Assembly (NCBI GenBank): GCA_040954595.2 | Contig: CM082593.2 | Location: 8,344,043-8,408,042 of the forward strand | Length of the DNA: 64,000 nt | Reading direction: 5' to 3' | Source: Balanoglossus misakiensis | Lineage: Eukaryota; Animalia; Hemichordata | Part shown: in pieces, positions 35,869 to 48,500 of the stretch | Layout: each line of letters begins with the position of its first letter | Numbering within the stretch: position 1 is the first letter of the stretch | Program-made: the position numbers and the translations under genes | Notes under the pieces: model-generated | The model's input: the letters and a program-made list of their open reading frames with translations, nothing else | Databases searched by the model: none | What the model was told of the DNA's origin: nothing

Positions 35869-37737
35869 TCACATCCACTTTTGGTACGGCCCCGTTACCG
35901 TGGTGAATGCATACGACTTAAGAGTCACTAGACTGTCTGTTGTCATAGTAACGGCTTGTTTAATAGGTATACTAGACACCTCAACCTCCTTCAGAGTTTG
36001 TACAGTCTCTTTTTCGGCAGGTTCCGTTTCCTGGACTAGTTTCGCTTTCTTTCTACCCCGCGTCGGAGTTGATGGGATGGGTTCCCCGGACGCCCTAGCT
36101 GCCTCCTCAGCCTCAAGTTGCCGGTTGGCCATCTTGATTTCATACTCATTCATGCCGTGATATCTGTAGTTCATATGTTTGTGGTGATAAAAGACTAGCG
36201 CAATGCGCGTCGGGTGATGGCGATTGGGTCTCTTCAGAGCTGTGGTGGCGTGCAGTTCCCGCTTGGCGACTTCAAAGAGCACGGCGCCGTGCTGCAACGC
36301 AATTGCCACTCCGCCGATCTCGGAGTCCATGAAACAACGTTCACTGTCGGAAAAGTACGCCTCGTCCTCCAATGCTGCCACTTTCAAATCTTTTGCCAGT
36401 TCTGCGTTTGGCTTACAGCCAACAGCCGGTCCCTGCCCACCCATGGAATGTGGTAGTATTGCAGCATTCTGTGGAATTCTGGGGTGGCCCACAAATCCTG
36501 AGCCGCTCATTGAATGTGCCTCGCCGTGTTGTCGATACGGCGACTGTCCCGGTCCATCTTTCGACGTCTGAGGTAGTTTGGACTGCTGGGATGGCAGATA
36601 GCCTTCAGACCGATTGGATTCCTTGCCCTTCAAAGTTTCCATTTTGCTATTGTGAGCAATGACTCCATTCGGTAAGAGTTGATACTGTTCTTTGCTCTGA
36701 GTGGACGGCACTGATTTACCTCCATCATTCGATTCACTCGATTTCTGCCTCTCCGCAGATTTACCATAGTGTTCTTTGTTGCCATGGTGATCTGCATTCG
36801 CATTTAGTTTAGAAACATCTGGTTTGACATCTTCTCGTTGATCCATACCAGGGTACCCTGGGTAGCCCATAAGTCTTGGATCAATAAGTCCAGGTGCTCT
36901 GGGAAACAAGCCCAGGCCAGGCATTCTGGAATCGGGATAGCCCTGTCCGAACATTGGAATATAAGACGGATAGCCAAATGGATACATTCCGGGACGCATG
37001 CCGTGCAAGAATCCCGGAGGCATTCCCCACGGATACATTCCATTGAGCAGCATTGGATGGCCGGACATTTCACCAAGGCCTGGGCGGAGACCAGCTGGCA
37101 TTTCAGCGCGGTACATAGCGTGGATGTCCTGGGGCATTGGCATATTGGAATCTCTTGGCCAGCCGGGGGCAGGGGGTTGTTGGGTTGTACTTTCACTGGT
37201 GGGCATCTGCCCAGGATGTTGTTGTTGTTGTTGTTGCTGCTGCTGCTGTTGTTGTTGTTGTTTGATTTGAGCCTGTTCGGGGAAAGCTTCATTAGCTGTC
37301 CTTTTTTCACCCCTCTGCTCCTGCTTTGCGTGTTGAGTCGACGGTTGGTGCGCTGTGTGACTTTGCTGTTGTTGCTCGCCGTGAAGGTAGAGTCGTTTTT
37401 GTTCGATGGCTGTCGGTACGGGCATGGGGATACCTTTGTCTCGTTTGCCGTCCGCATCTTGATTGCTGCTGGCGTTCTGGGAGCTGCTGGATGATGACTG
37501 GCTGCCTCGTTTCCCCTTCTTCATCTCCGCTATTTGGTCTTTGGTTTTCTTGCGAAGTTCTCGCCGGAACGAGTGCAGTATCTGAAGTGAACCGTTTCGA
37601 ACTTTCTCCTGTTGTCCCTCAGCGCTGCCAAACTCATCCACTGGTGCTATCTTGTACAACGGCAACACGTGTAATTGTTCGTCAACTTCAGCTGGCTTTT
37701 GAATGACGCGGTTTTCCTCCTTTGTCAGAGTAAGTAA
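35869..37737 (-). CDS. TET: TET, last coding exon (DSBH insert, distal His, C-terminal tail)
   Basis: DEQLHVLPLY...GGVAIALQHGAVLFEVAKRELHATT...TRIALVFYHHK...VTGPYQKWM-stop. Contains a polyQ tract. The total CDS is 5151 nt if no exon was missed. Confidence 0.96.
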   Translation of the reverse strand, partial: LLTLTKEENRVIQKPAEVDEQLHVLPLYKIAPVDEFGSAEGQQEKVRNGSLQILHSFRRELRKKTKDQIAEMKKGKRGSQSSSSSSQNASSNQDADGKRDKGIPMPVPTAIEQKRLYLHGEQQQQSHTAHQPSTQHAKQEQRGEKRTANEAFPEQAQIKQQQQQQQQQQQQQQHPGQMPTSESTTQQPPAPGWPRDSNMPMPQDIHAMYRAEMPAGLRPGLGEMSGHPMLLNGMYPWGMPPGFLHGMRPGMYPFGYPSYIPMFGQGYPDSRMPGLGLFPRAPGLIDPRLMGYPGYPGMDQREDVKPDVSKLNANADHHGNKEHYGKSAERQKSSESNDGGKSVPSTQSKEQYQLLPNGVIAHNSKMETLKGKESNRSEGYLPSQQSKLPQTSKDGPGQSPYRQHGEAHSMSGSGFVGHPRIPQNAAILPHSMGGQGPAVGCKPNAELAKDLKVAALEDEAYFSDSERCFMDSEIGGVAIALQHGAVLFEVAKRELHATTALKRPNRHHPTRIALVFYHHKHMNYRYHGMNEYEIKMANRQLEAEEAARASGEPIPSTPTRGRKKAKLVQETEPAEKETVQTLKEVEVSSIPIKQAVTMTTDSLVTLKSYAFTTVTGPYQKWM

Positions 37738-37970
37738 CTGTCATAGAATACAGAGAAACACTTGGTAACTATAGCGATAAACCTCTGCCATGCTAAGATA
37801 TAAATTTTCTATTTCCTTGAAATTATGAAAAGTGCTCTGGTTTATGTAGAACAGAGCATTTGTCATCTAGAAAGTACCAATTTGTTTTCAATGGATACAT
37901 TTTTCGGTAAATAACAGCATATGGATGCATTCACTGAGAGTTGTAAAATCGGTTTGATATACAGAGTTAA

Positions 37971-38297
37971 AGGGCGATGATCGTCTTATGCGCATGTGCC
38001 AAACCAGAGACTCTGGTTACAAAAATTGTATACAGTCAGTGGCATAAGACGTTGTGCAACAGACAAAATGGTGGCAACCATAGCTTGTATCAGAGATCGG
38101 GGAAAGACAGCTAAATTGGGTGAAAAGCAGGGATAAAACTAAAGTCTAGTTATACGGTGCGCATATGGAAAGCCTAAAGAGAAGGCAGTCCACGATTTGA
38201 ATCTGTCGAACGCGAAAATTTGCAGAACATTTGTGGATTGGATGTAATGTTTGTACACACAAAATTACGCACATGCGCATAAGACGATCGTCGGCCT
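37971..38297. mobile_element. TTAA-flanked MITE (Kolobok/T2-like)
   Basis: TTAA-agggcgatgatcgtcttatgcgcatgtgc...gcacatgcgcataagacgatcgtcggcct-TTAA. Confidence 0.82.
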
Positions 38298-38434
38298 TTA
38301 ATACAACAGTGAATGAACAGCAAATTGAAATGAGATCCACGGTGTTCAAAAAAAGAAAATTCTAGTGAGGCTGACACTACCCACAACCAAAATGAATTTG
38401 CAGAATACCCAGGGCTACAAAAGTCTCTACTCAC

Positions 38435-38572
38435 CACAGTACATCCATTATTCATGTTATGTTGATCTTTGTGACTATGTGCACAGAAATCAACACATGC
38501 AGTCACTCCAGTAAACGGACGACCTTCACCGTAACCAAGGCGACATTCCATTCCCTCCCTTTCATGAGCAGT
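38435..38572 (-). CDS. TET: TET, coding exon 8 (HxD iron-binding motif)
   Basis: 138 nt; [37 protein letters not shown]. Confidence 0.97.
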
Positions 38573-38905
38573 CTGTCAATCAGAAAGACAAAACATTTAT
38601 AAGGTCTCAATAATGTAAATACACACCAATTTTCAAAGCAATCTGACCAGCAGTTCTTGAGTTACTGAGTTTTGACCAATTTCACATTTTCCTGGCTCAT
38701 TTGCATATTTTTTGCAATGACAACTTCATTTGAACAAACTCCCATCTACAGCCCAGCATGCATCTGCACACCAAATATCAAGGTGATATGCCAAGCGGTT
38801 TTGAAGTTTTTGATGTGGACCGATATACTTAATGAACTTGATGTATACTTTCTCAAAGCACTTCTTTGCCCTGTCACTGCATTTCTGTTCTGTGCATGTA
38901 CTTAC

Positions 38906-38995
38906 CTGATTCCCATAAGAATCTGGGGCTATTTTCTTATACAGTGGCCCAATTTCAGTGGCAAGTGTTTGCAGTCGTGCCTCTAATTCCTCCTC
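38906..38995 (-). CDS. TET: TET, coding exon 7
   Basis: 90 nt; EEELEARLQTLATEIGPLYKKIAPDSYGNQ. Confidence 0.95.
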
Positions 38996-39227
38996 CTGTT
39001 AATGAAAATTTAATACTGGTATTAATTCCATAACAATAACATTTTAATATCTATTTCCACGCTGTGTTGGCATGGGCTATGCAGGCGTATTGCCAAACAA
39101 TTATAAATTGTAATGAAATTTGTAACTAGTTGCAAGTTGTGAATGTCCACGGTAACGAGTTTCTCATGAATATTCATATCACCAGAGAGCATGACAAAGA
39201 TGCACTATGACTAAACAACTACATGTT

Positions 39228-39442
39228 TACTGTAAAAGGTGTTATTTTCACGAGCAATAAATTTTCACGAAATTTGCGCGAGCCAAAAAAAACCCGTTAA
39301 AATAGAAAGTCACGTAAAAAGTTTTTCGGAGATAATGATGCAGTTAGTGAAATACGAGAACGCCAAAATTAATCCTTGTGTTACAGTTGCCTTTTTTGAT
39401 ATCGCGAAAAATTTCCTGTCGCAAAAATAACCTGTTTGCATA
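39228..39442. mobile_element. MITE family A (inverted relative to the 1914 copy)
   Basis: The internal sequence is the reverse complement of 1914-2121. Confidence 0.75.
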
Positions 39443-39588
39443 AGAATGATTTCCTTGTAACGAACACTTCAGTATAATGAACATTTTGTATGTCCCCCCA
39501 CAATGGTCGTTATAGCGATGCTCCACTGCATCAGGTGTCACAATTCTCTGACGTGTACTAGTAATTTGGGAATACTTTTTGAACTCAC

Positions 39589-39742
39589 CTCTTTGACATC
39601 AGCTGACGAGGAAAGTTTGAATTTCTTAGGAGTTTTACTGCGAGCAAATTTGCAACCATTATAATACATGGACCAAGAACATCCAAAGGAGAATGAAGCC
39701 CCACATGATTCGGAATCATAGCCCTGACAGGCACACGTTTTC
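39589..39742 (-). CDS. TET: TET, coding exon 6
   Basis: 154 nt; KTCACQG...[24 protein letters not shown]. Confidence 0.96.
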
Positions 39743-39819
39743 CTGAAGAAAAAAAAGTTGTCTTGTTAAAAAAATCAATTCACATGTAGGGACTCGTAGA
39801 AGCAGCTTTACAACATCAA

Positions 39820-39991
39820 AGGTATACGGTCACCTATGGTTACCATGGCAAATTGAGATCTAGCCAATAACAGATTTTCAGTGGGTGGCACACGCGAAAA
39901 AAAAGAGCACCACCATATGTTCTTTAGAACACTCAAATATGCCATTTCAGCCATATATGGGCGTATGCAAATTGGATGTGACTGTATACCT
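39820..39991. mobile_element. MITE family C (inverted)
   Basis: aggtatacggtcacc...gtgactgtatacct-TTAA. Confidence 0.82.
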
Positions 39992-40611
39992 TTAAATTGT
40001 TGCTTTTGATGTTACATATCAAACATTATTGTCAATAAATGTTTTTTTAAGGAAGTCATCTATTCTAATACTATAAATAGGAAGTTTGAAAAACATGCAA
40101 GAATTACTTCCTCATCTAGAGTAATATTTACACATAGCTATATATTTAAGGTTTAATGATAAATATTACAGAAGTCTGGTTAAAATGTTTTCAATCATTT
40201 GCATGACTAACAAGGAATACATCAATATTGAGGAAAATAAAGGATGATCAATACAATTTTCTTGAAATGTGCTTGTTATTCTTCGATATCAAATAACGTC
40301 AGAGGCAGTTACGTTAGCATTCAAATTTCCAGATGACGGGCAACTTCAGCAACGTAGTGCAGACAAACACTGTGCAGACGAAATGCCAAGACGCTGATAA
40401 GGCACCATACCTGATACATGTTACGTGTCTGGCGGTTCTAAAGTAAAAACATACTCGGAAAAACTTTTACTGGATGCCGAAAAATTGCTTGCCCGTCGTC
40501 AGGAAATGACAACGCCGTGGGTCATATTGCCAGATCACGTGATTGATAGTAAAGAACAAGTTTGAATCTATCACAGGAATAAAAAAAAAAACTGAAGTGC
40601 AAAACACTTAC

Positions 40612-40820
40612 TCTTCATTAGTGCCACATCTTCTGACAGTCGGCTGTCCATGTCTGGATAATTTCTCTGTCAGCCATGAGTAGGTGTCATCCGATCTTTC
40701 CGAACGAACACCTTCCCATGCTACTATGGCAACAATGATAACAGCTGTTTGGCAGTAATGTCCAGTACGATGACGTACAACGCACAGCACCTTTTCTTCA
40801 GGTCCCGATCGGCGAATAAC
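40612..40820 (-). CDS. TET: TET, coding exon 5
   Basis: 209 nt; VIRRSGPEEKVLCVVRHRTGHYC...AWEG...RRCGTNE. Confidence 0.96.
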
Positions 40821-41394
40821 CTACATTCAAAGACAAAGAAAATATATCAGAAATTGCTGCATTATGGGCTTCACACACATGCATTTGAAATGTTTCTGAA
40901 ACGTCTCAGGTCAAATACTGGCATAATTATTATGTGTTAACAGTTTAAGTGGTCCTGAAATGGCTCAGATTTGAGACGGCTTTGCCGGTCAGACCTGAGC
41001 CGATGTAAAGGATTAACATCTCTCCGCAACCCATTGTGTATGGGGCCGAGCCTCAGCGCCTATACATAAACTTTGTGTGTGTGGACATAAGGCGACTCAA
41101 AGGATTCATGCTCTGTGTTTACAAATGGCAAACAGTGTCTCTGAAACGTTTCTACTTTACCCAGTGTGAACCTGGTATATGGCACTTAGTAACATGCAAA
41201 TTGCCATGCTTGTGCAAGACTGTTTCTTGTATGAAGAAACTGTCTTGGACTTAATGTATACCAAAATGGTTACAAATAAAAATACATAATGTACTTAATA
41301 TTAGTACACCCCACCAAACAATGTACACCATCATATTCAAACCAGACCTCACCATTATGCCATGTGATAACCCCCTCCTTATTTTGTCACTTAC

Positions 41395-41488
41395 CCATTT
41401 TGCAATAGGACAGCCCAAAGATCCCTTGCCTTCTTTTCCAGTATACACAATCTGTTCTATTCGCACTGCTTTGCCTTTTTCACCAATC
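41395..41488 (-). CDS. TET: TET, coding exon 4
   Basis: 94 nt; [27 protein letters not shown]. Confidence 0.96.
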
Positions 41489-41877
41489 CTGAAATAAATA
41501 TTATGTCATCATTTAAAATTATGTTTGTTAGAGGGCACACTCACTGTCTTTCTGTACTTTTGTTGGTATTGGATGCTTGGTACCCATACATGTTCTGAGT
41601 GGGGGAACCATGTTATGATTTGCAGTGCTTTGTAAAGGGAGGTACCCAGGTAAATGTTACCGGGGTTCCCCGCAGTCATTTTACTGCGTACCGGGCTTCC
41701 TCTTGGTATATCAGTGCAGTCATATTTGGTAGCTAGCAGAAGCGTTACCGGGGTTCTTAATTCATTTACCAATATTACCAAAAACACTGTTTTGACGCTG
41801 GCTGTGTTTGATGACATCACGTCTATTTGAACATAAAAGTTACACTCAATGTCTGTAAGTACGACGAAACAACAAAC

Positions 41878-41968
41878 CTGTTTTCCATCATCTGTCTTAT
41901 TGCTGCTAGCGATGGACCAGTACCTAGCTGTGTGTAATATGGGCCCTCGTCTTTCTCATTAGGATTCT
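41878..41968 (-). CDS. TET: TET, coding exon 3
   Basis: 91 nt; [27 protein letters not shown]. Confidence 0.95.
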
Positions 41969-42689
41969 CTGAGAAGCAAAATTTGAGAGAATCTCTGTGA
42001 GAACATGAATGTTGTTGGGATGTCTAGTATACATCCTCTTGCCAACGGAGTTTGAATCTCTACGTCTTTTGATTTTGGAAATTTAAAGGGAAGGGGTTGT
42101 CGCGCCGCGTGGGTGTCCCCTCTCGATGACAATACGTCCTCCCATACCAGCTCAAACCTCACTGCAGTCACCAAGACCTACTAGGATCTTCAGTTGCTGT
42201 CATGACCAGTCTACGCTACAGTTGGCTGCTTCGTTCATTCTAAGAATTATTTCAGGGATTTGTGGATGAATTGTAATGTTTATAAACAAACAAATGCGGC
42301 GCGACGACCCCTTCACTTTAACACTTCTTTATGTCATTCTTTCATTTTTGTGCCAACTCTACATCTGAGGGCAAACTGGATGTTGAAAAATTGGGGGAAA
42401 TTTTCGCGACCCTCACGAGAGCCCCCCAAAACGCAAAAATAAATAGTTGCAAAAGAACAATGTGTACAATAGAATGTTTTTCAGTTAAAGAGAACACGAA
42501 AATTAATCGTCAAGAAATAGTCGCCTCTGTTGACATCCCGAAAATTTCCCGTTTAACAGTATCACACAAAATCCAAAGAATATCACATGAAGACCAAAGA
42601 ATTTGACAGGAACATCTTCTCTGATACAGCACACAGAATTCTGCCACAGAGACCCATCTTATACACAGATGCTTGTTACAAATACTTAC

Positions 42690-44472
42690 CAACACAGCCA
42701 CACATTGGCATAACTGGTTTCTCGTCTTCTATTGCGTATTTCTCAAGGGGAGTAGTTGGAGTTTCGTCCTGATTTGAAGATGAAGCCGTCGATGGCCGTG
42801 GTGGGGTCTGCAATGGAGACTTTGTGTTTGGAGACATTCTCGGCCAAGGTACGGGTGATTTCGTTCGAGGTGGAGTCCTTCTTGGAGAGTCTGCTGGTGT
42901 CCTCATTGGTGAGGTCATGTCTCGCCTGGGACTTGGTCCCCTGAAGGGGAAATGCAAGTGTTCCTGTTGCGTGGACAGAGGGCTTTCCATACTCTTGGGT
43001 TTTGTCGGCTCAGTGAACACACTACCTGTTGATGGTTGCACAGTCATGTTTGGCAGCAATGTGGCTATTTTATCTGAAGTCCTGGGTCTGTCTACATTTT
43101 CCATGGTGTGACCGTGACTTTGCATAGGCAGGGCTCTCTCTGTGGCCATCTTTGTATCCATTGTCATATGGAGCCCAGTCGCCTCGGCCGTCTGTTCACG
43201 GTTACTAAAACTACCCACACTAGATGATGGATAGGTCCAAAGCGGTGGGTTTTTGGTATGACCTTTCACCTCCGAGCTGCTTGTAGTTTCCCGTGCATCT
43301 GAATGATTATGCGGTGAAGGAAACGACTTCCTTGAGAAAGATGAACTGAGAGACAACAAAGACTCGGCTGCCACGTCGACTGGTGACAAAGTTTTCTTTT
43401 CAGAAAACATGTTCTCTGCAGCATCCCTAGATGATGGTCGTTCCATTTGTCCTCGCAGATGACCCCGGCTCTGTTCACCTTGTTTTGGTTCTGTAGGTCT
43501 ATGCAGATCTGACTGTGTCTTTAGATCGATGTGCCTGTGTTGATGATCTAAGGGTCTGCCCGGATCCAGGTGTCTATGTTGGTCTACCTGTCGGCTAGGG
43601 TCCATTGGTCTGCTAGGGTCTACATGCCTGTGTACATCTGTTGGTCTATTTAGCTCCATTGCTATAGCTCGGTGCGGTTCGGCCATTCTGTTTAAATCTA
43701 CAGGTCGCTTTGACTCTGGTGGCCGGGCTTGCTCTAAGTGTCTGCCTAAATCTAGAGGTCTGTTTTGCTCTGCCTGTCGGCCTCCTTGATGATCAGCTGG
43801 CCTCTTCAAGTCTGACCGGTTCATGTCCAAGTGTCTGTTTGGGTCTACTTGAAGATTCAAGTCAGCGGGCCGGTTAGCGTCTACCTGCCTGATAAGACTC
43901 TCAGGTTTGTGCAGCTCAACCTGTCTGCCTACATCCACTGGCTTAGTGCCATCCATTTGTCGGGCCAGGTTGACAACTTGAGTTTGTTCTGTTTGTCTGC
44001 CGAGATCTGCTGGTTTGACTTTTGCAGCCGATTTATTGACATTTTTATCCTGCATGATTGCCTTGGGCTGCTCCATTCTAATGCCATAGAATGCGTTGGC
44101 CATATCCGGTGGGTATATGGCGTGTTGGAGGTGCCTCATGTCCATTTGGGGACACTGTCCGCGGTGCTGTATCTGCTGCAGGCCATCCTTGTTGGTTGCC
44201 GGTGGCGGGGCCAATGGAATACCACTGGGAAAGGCTACATTTTCTTTCGCAAATGCTGGGTGGGGCAATCTTGGATCAAGATGCATTGCAAGGTTGGATG
44301 GGTTACCATGGTGACTTGCCTCCATGCTCTGGTTGCAAGGGCGGCCATCTTGCATGCCGTTGGCGATGGAGGTCTCAATGTTGGCTCTGGGATCACCGAG
44401 ACGGGTTACTTGTTTGCTTTGCTCTGCTGTGAGATGCAATGCTGAATTGTGAACAATGTTTTCCATTCCAAC
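42690..44472 (-). CDS. TET: TET, coding exon 2 (low-complexity N-terminal region up to CGCV)
   Basis: TAG acceptor, 1783 nt open, ending PMCGCV (start of the Cys-rich domain) at a GTAAGT donor. Confidence 0.92.
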
Positions 44473-45390
44473 CTACAAAACAAAAACCAGAGAACACAAG
44501 TCACACATCTTTTTCGGTTTGGATGACTTTTAAAATATACAGAACATACAACTGTAACTTGTTATTAACCTGTTGAATCTTCCGAGGTATGCACTGACTT
44601 CTGGTGGTCATAAAATTTCACTCTGGTATTAAATCTGTCACAAATACGCAACTTGCATTCTAAGCTTTAATGTCATTCAGTAAAAGTACCCTAATTACAT
44701 TGATAAAATAATTTGTCCTGTGATGACTAATGCGACAAAATATCATTTGGAAATTTGCAGATGATTTTCTTTCAGTCAAATTTGGAATTAGCTGTACCCT
44801 AAAAATGTGTCCTTTCTTTGATCTGGCACTTATTCCTGCAAAGATCAACAAAAGCCTGGTCTTCGAACAGGAAACCTCACTGAAAACGTTGTTGTAGTCA
44901 TTAATTTGATGTTGAGAAATGTGAATGTGTTCCTACACACATACATGTATGTTGTAACAATTTATAATGTAAATATTACAATTTTACAATTTTTAGTTTA
45001 GTACTTTGATAAAATAATATTACAATGTCAAGGTGTCAAATCAGAGTCAACTTCTGCAAGGAAAATGTCTGCAGTAGACATACAGCAAACTCCACAGTAA
45101 CCAATTAGTTAACAAAATCACTCAGTGTATATAATGCAGATGTCACATGTTACATGGTAATATATTAATACATGTACTAAGTGAGATTGACTTTGGTTCC
45201 CGTTCCTATGACAAATCAAGTCATTATGCATTGACTGCAATGAATGACCAGTGCCATTAATTATTTGTTTAAGTGACATGGTCACCATGCTATGATGTAT
45301 CACAAATCACTACACGCACAGTTTGTCTAATGCTGCATGATACCATGGTATGATGGATGTATGGAGTGTAGATAGTGTCTGGCCTCTGCA

Positions 45391-45500
45391 AGCCAACTTT
45401 TCAATATTTGTTTTTTTTATTTTCCTGTAATCCTGAAATGTCTACAACTTGCCAACTTTTCAATATTTGTTTTTTTTATTTTCCTGTAATCCTGAAATGT
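45391..45500. repeat. Local tandem duplication, 60-bp period
   Basis: The 50-nt block gccaacttttcaatatttg...cctgaaatgt occurs at both 45391 and 45451. Confidence 0.9.
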
Positions 45501-48500
45501 TCATCAAATTAGCACTCTAGTCTCATAATCTGAGGTGAGGATTACGAAGAAGTACACTAAGCAACACTTCCTGCAGAATCAGGGCCAAAATAAGGCGTCG
45601 ACTTATGAGCATCACTGTTTCACTGCAACACTGAATTAAATCAAATCAATGCAAGCAATATATAGTACAGACATAAATCACACAGGTCTCTGAAATTAAA
45701 TTTCCTATTTGGAGTATGAATTCACAAGAACACAAAACGAATTCACATTGCAACACAATACAGGGAAGACTGGAAGTACGACCCTCGTACATGCAAATGA
45801 ACCCGCTGCTTCAATGGGGTCAAGGCCAGAAATGCCACCCGCCTTCACAATACAGACAGCAATTGTTATTTACTATATCCATTTTTACGACTCTGTCTAC
45901 TCGACTATTTCAAAGCACATACGCCAAAACCTGCTGATATCCATCTGTCCTTGAAAACCGTAAAAAGCGGCCATCATCCGTTTGCCGAAATGCAGATTTT
46001 GAATTAAGCTGTCTAACAGCCACGTGCCAAACAATCGAAATACGGGGTTTTTAACTGGCTTGGTTACGGAGACACACGTGTACAAATGTGTACAGAATGA
46101 ACAAATATATATGCAAATGTTTCAAACTGACACTTCTTTGTGTGTGGTAACCCATTACACTATTTTTAGAAGTACATGTACCTGGAACTGAACAGTAATA
46201 TCCATACTTGAATTATTTTCGACAAAAAGCAATCTCAACATTTCGTTTTATTAAAAAGCAGTCAGATAGCATCAGTAAATCATCACAATTTTTTTCTGAG
46301 CTGGTGTAAAAAATTTCTTGATAATTTGCTGAATTGCTTCCCTGGTAATATATCTCCATTCACCGAACACTAGTGTCTTTGTACTTTACATGTACAGCAT
46401 GGCTCACGTGTTCCACACAAGCACATATTACAGCATGGTGGCAAATTTATCATCTTTTGGCTATTCATGAAATATCAGTTTAACACACTGAATTTGCACA
46501 ATTGAAAAACAGGAACTATCTTTTGGGGTTTCTCAAGCTAAGACTTTATTTACAAATGTAAGATTTCAGCAAATAATTCATGGGTGAAATTTAAAACTAT
46601 TAAGTAGAAGATGCTATGCTTTACACTTCACGATAAAAATAAAATCTTGGTTTACAACAGGGGGTCGGACAATCTGACGAGTACAATACAATAATTTTGT
46701 ATTGAATTATCTGTTATGCAAAGTATCTATTCATACTACATCCGAACAAAGGATTTCTCATAATTGAAATATTTAACCAACACCCTACATGTACCAGCAA
46801 CACTGTCAGTCAGCTAACTATCAACTGCACCCTGGCTGTACACAACTTCATGACCACGACATTCTAATCACAAGTCACCAAATATCACAATTTTGTCCAG
46901 TGAGTTCTCCCTTTCACCCCCAGTTCCCTCTTTAGGGATCCATTTACTATAAGGAACAATGAATTTGGACCAAACCATGATGGTTAAAGGGGGAGGAGAT
47001 AATAAAATCCATATAAAATGTGTGGGACACAGTCCTGCATCAATTTACATAGTCACTGAAACCACACATCAGTGGTCATCATGGTTTAGACTGTGTCTTA
47101 CTTGCGGCTTCCGCTTGTGAATGTTGACATTTGTCAGACTGAGTAATCAATAATAAACTGTCTTTTCTCTTTAGAGTAGCAATCATCTTCTGTAGACTTT
47201 ATATCATGGCTTCCCTCAAGTTGTCTGTACAAGGTGACAACCAATGTTGGACAATACAGGGTTCATGGACACAAAATTGAAGTTTCATAGTACTATATAA
47301 ACTGCCAGGCCAAAATGAAACGGTATAAGCTCTTCACATTACAAGCACTGTCTTATACCAACTCGACCTTCCACTGAATTGAAATGAAGACTTCCCACTC
47401 ACTACAGATTTGAACATTGTCAGAGATGTAAGAGTTATCACCCCGAGTGCTTCTAACTACACTTCATCATTCACAATCAACTCTGGCATCCAGCCAATCC
47501 AAATTGCTTGTATCATGTCTAGCCAAGTCGGCTTGACTTTTGACCTGTGCTTTCCACGATGGACTTGATCTGCAACAGCTGATTTCAGTTTGACTGACTT
47601 TCAGAAAATTCACAGATATTTAATATTAAGGGTGTACTAAAATGGCAATGCTTGACTATTCGAGTAGGGAAATCTACCAGCAAAACTGGGCATACTTCTA
47701 GTCTTGATAACATGGTAATATTGGTACGATATGATCATATCTGCTACATGCATAATCAACCCAATGTGCAATCGCATGGTATCACTAATTACTATAAACC
47801 TGATTGACAATCAACATGTTGGTTACCATGGCAACACAATTATCAACATATTTGCATCTCATCAAGTTTCATGATGTGAAATAAGGAAATTAACCAATAT
47901 AAAAAGGGTGGGGGGGGGGGGGCAACCAGAAAAAAAAACAGGAAATCCATTCATAACTCATAGAAACTTCTGATGTCATCTCACATGAGGACTATCACTT
48001 TCAATTCTAAATTTATCCAAAAAAAAAAAGCCAAACATCACAACATGAATGAGTCAGGAAATTTACAAAATGGATTTTCTAGAGAAACATTCTGTGTGTG
48101 CAAGCAATTAACATCATTTTTGTGAAGTCTACTTAGAACAGTTTTCTTCTCATATTAATTAGTCTTTAGCTCGTTAGCAAGGACTACAAAGACAACACCC
48201 AGTAACCACTCAACTATTGAAAGATTACACGTAATGACTGTATTGTTTTAACACTAACATATGCAAATAGAAATTCAGCTCTTAATGATGTGTATTGAAG
48301 CTCTAAAACTTTTGATATTAATTTTTGGGGGCTATACATCTAACATTCAATTCACCATATCTTGTAAACTTTTAAGAATTTTTGAAAATATTCATCATTA
48401 ACTAGAGTTTTCAATGCCAACTGATGATCATACATAGTATCTAATATCACAGTTGAATAGGGATTGTACTGAATGAAATCATCCTTTGATTACAGTTTTA

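Noticed and set aside
36214-37706. Plus-strand ORFs with poly-Leu/poly-Cys and an alternate-frame poly-Asn ORF
   Set aside because: Shadows of the CAG/CAA polyQ tract and coding bias of the TET last exon.
41655-41760. NF-kB-like GGGGTTCCCC within three taccggg repeats in a TET intron
   Set aside because: Short motif, probably repeat-derived, with no supporting evidence.
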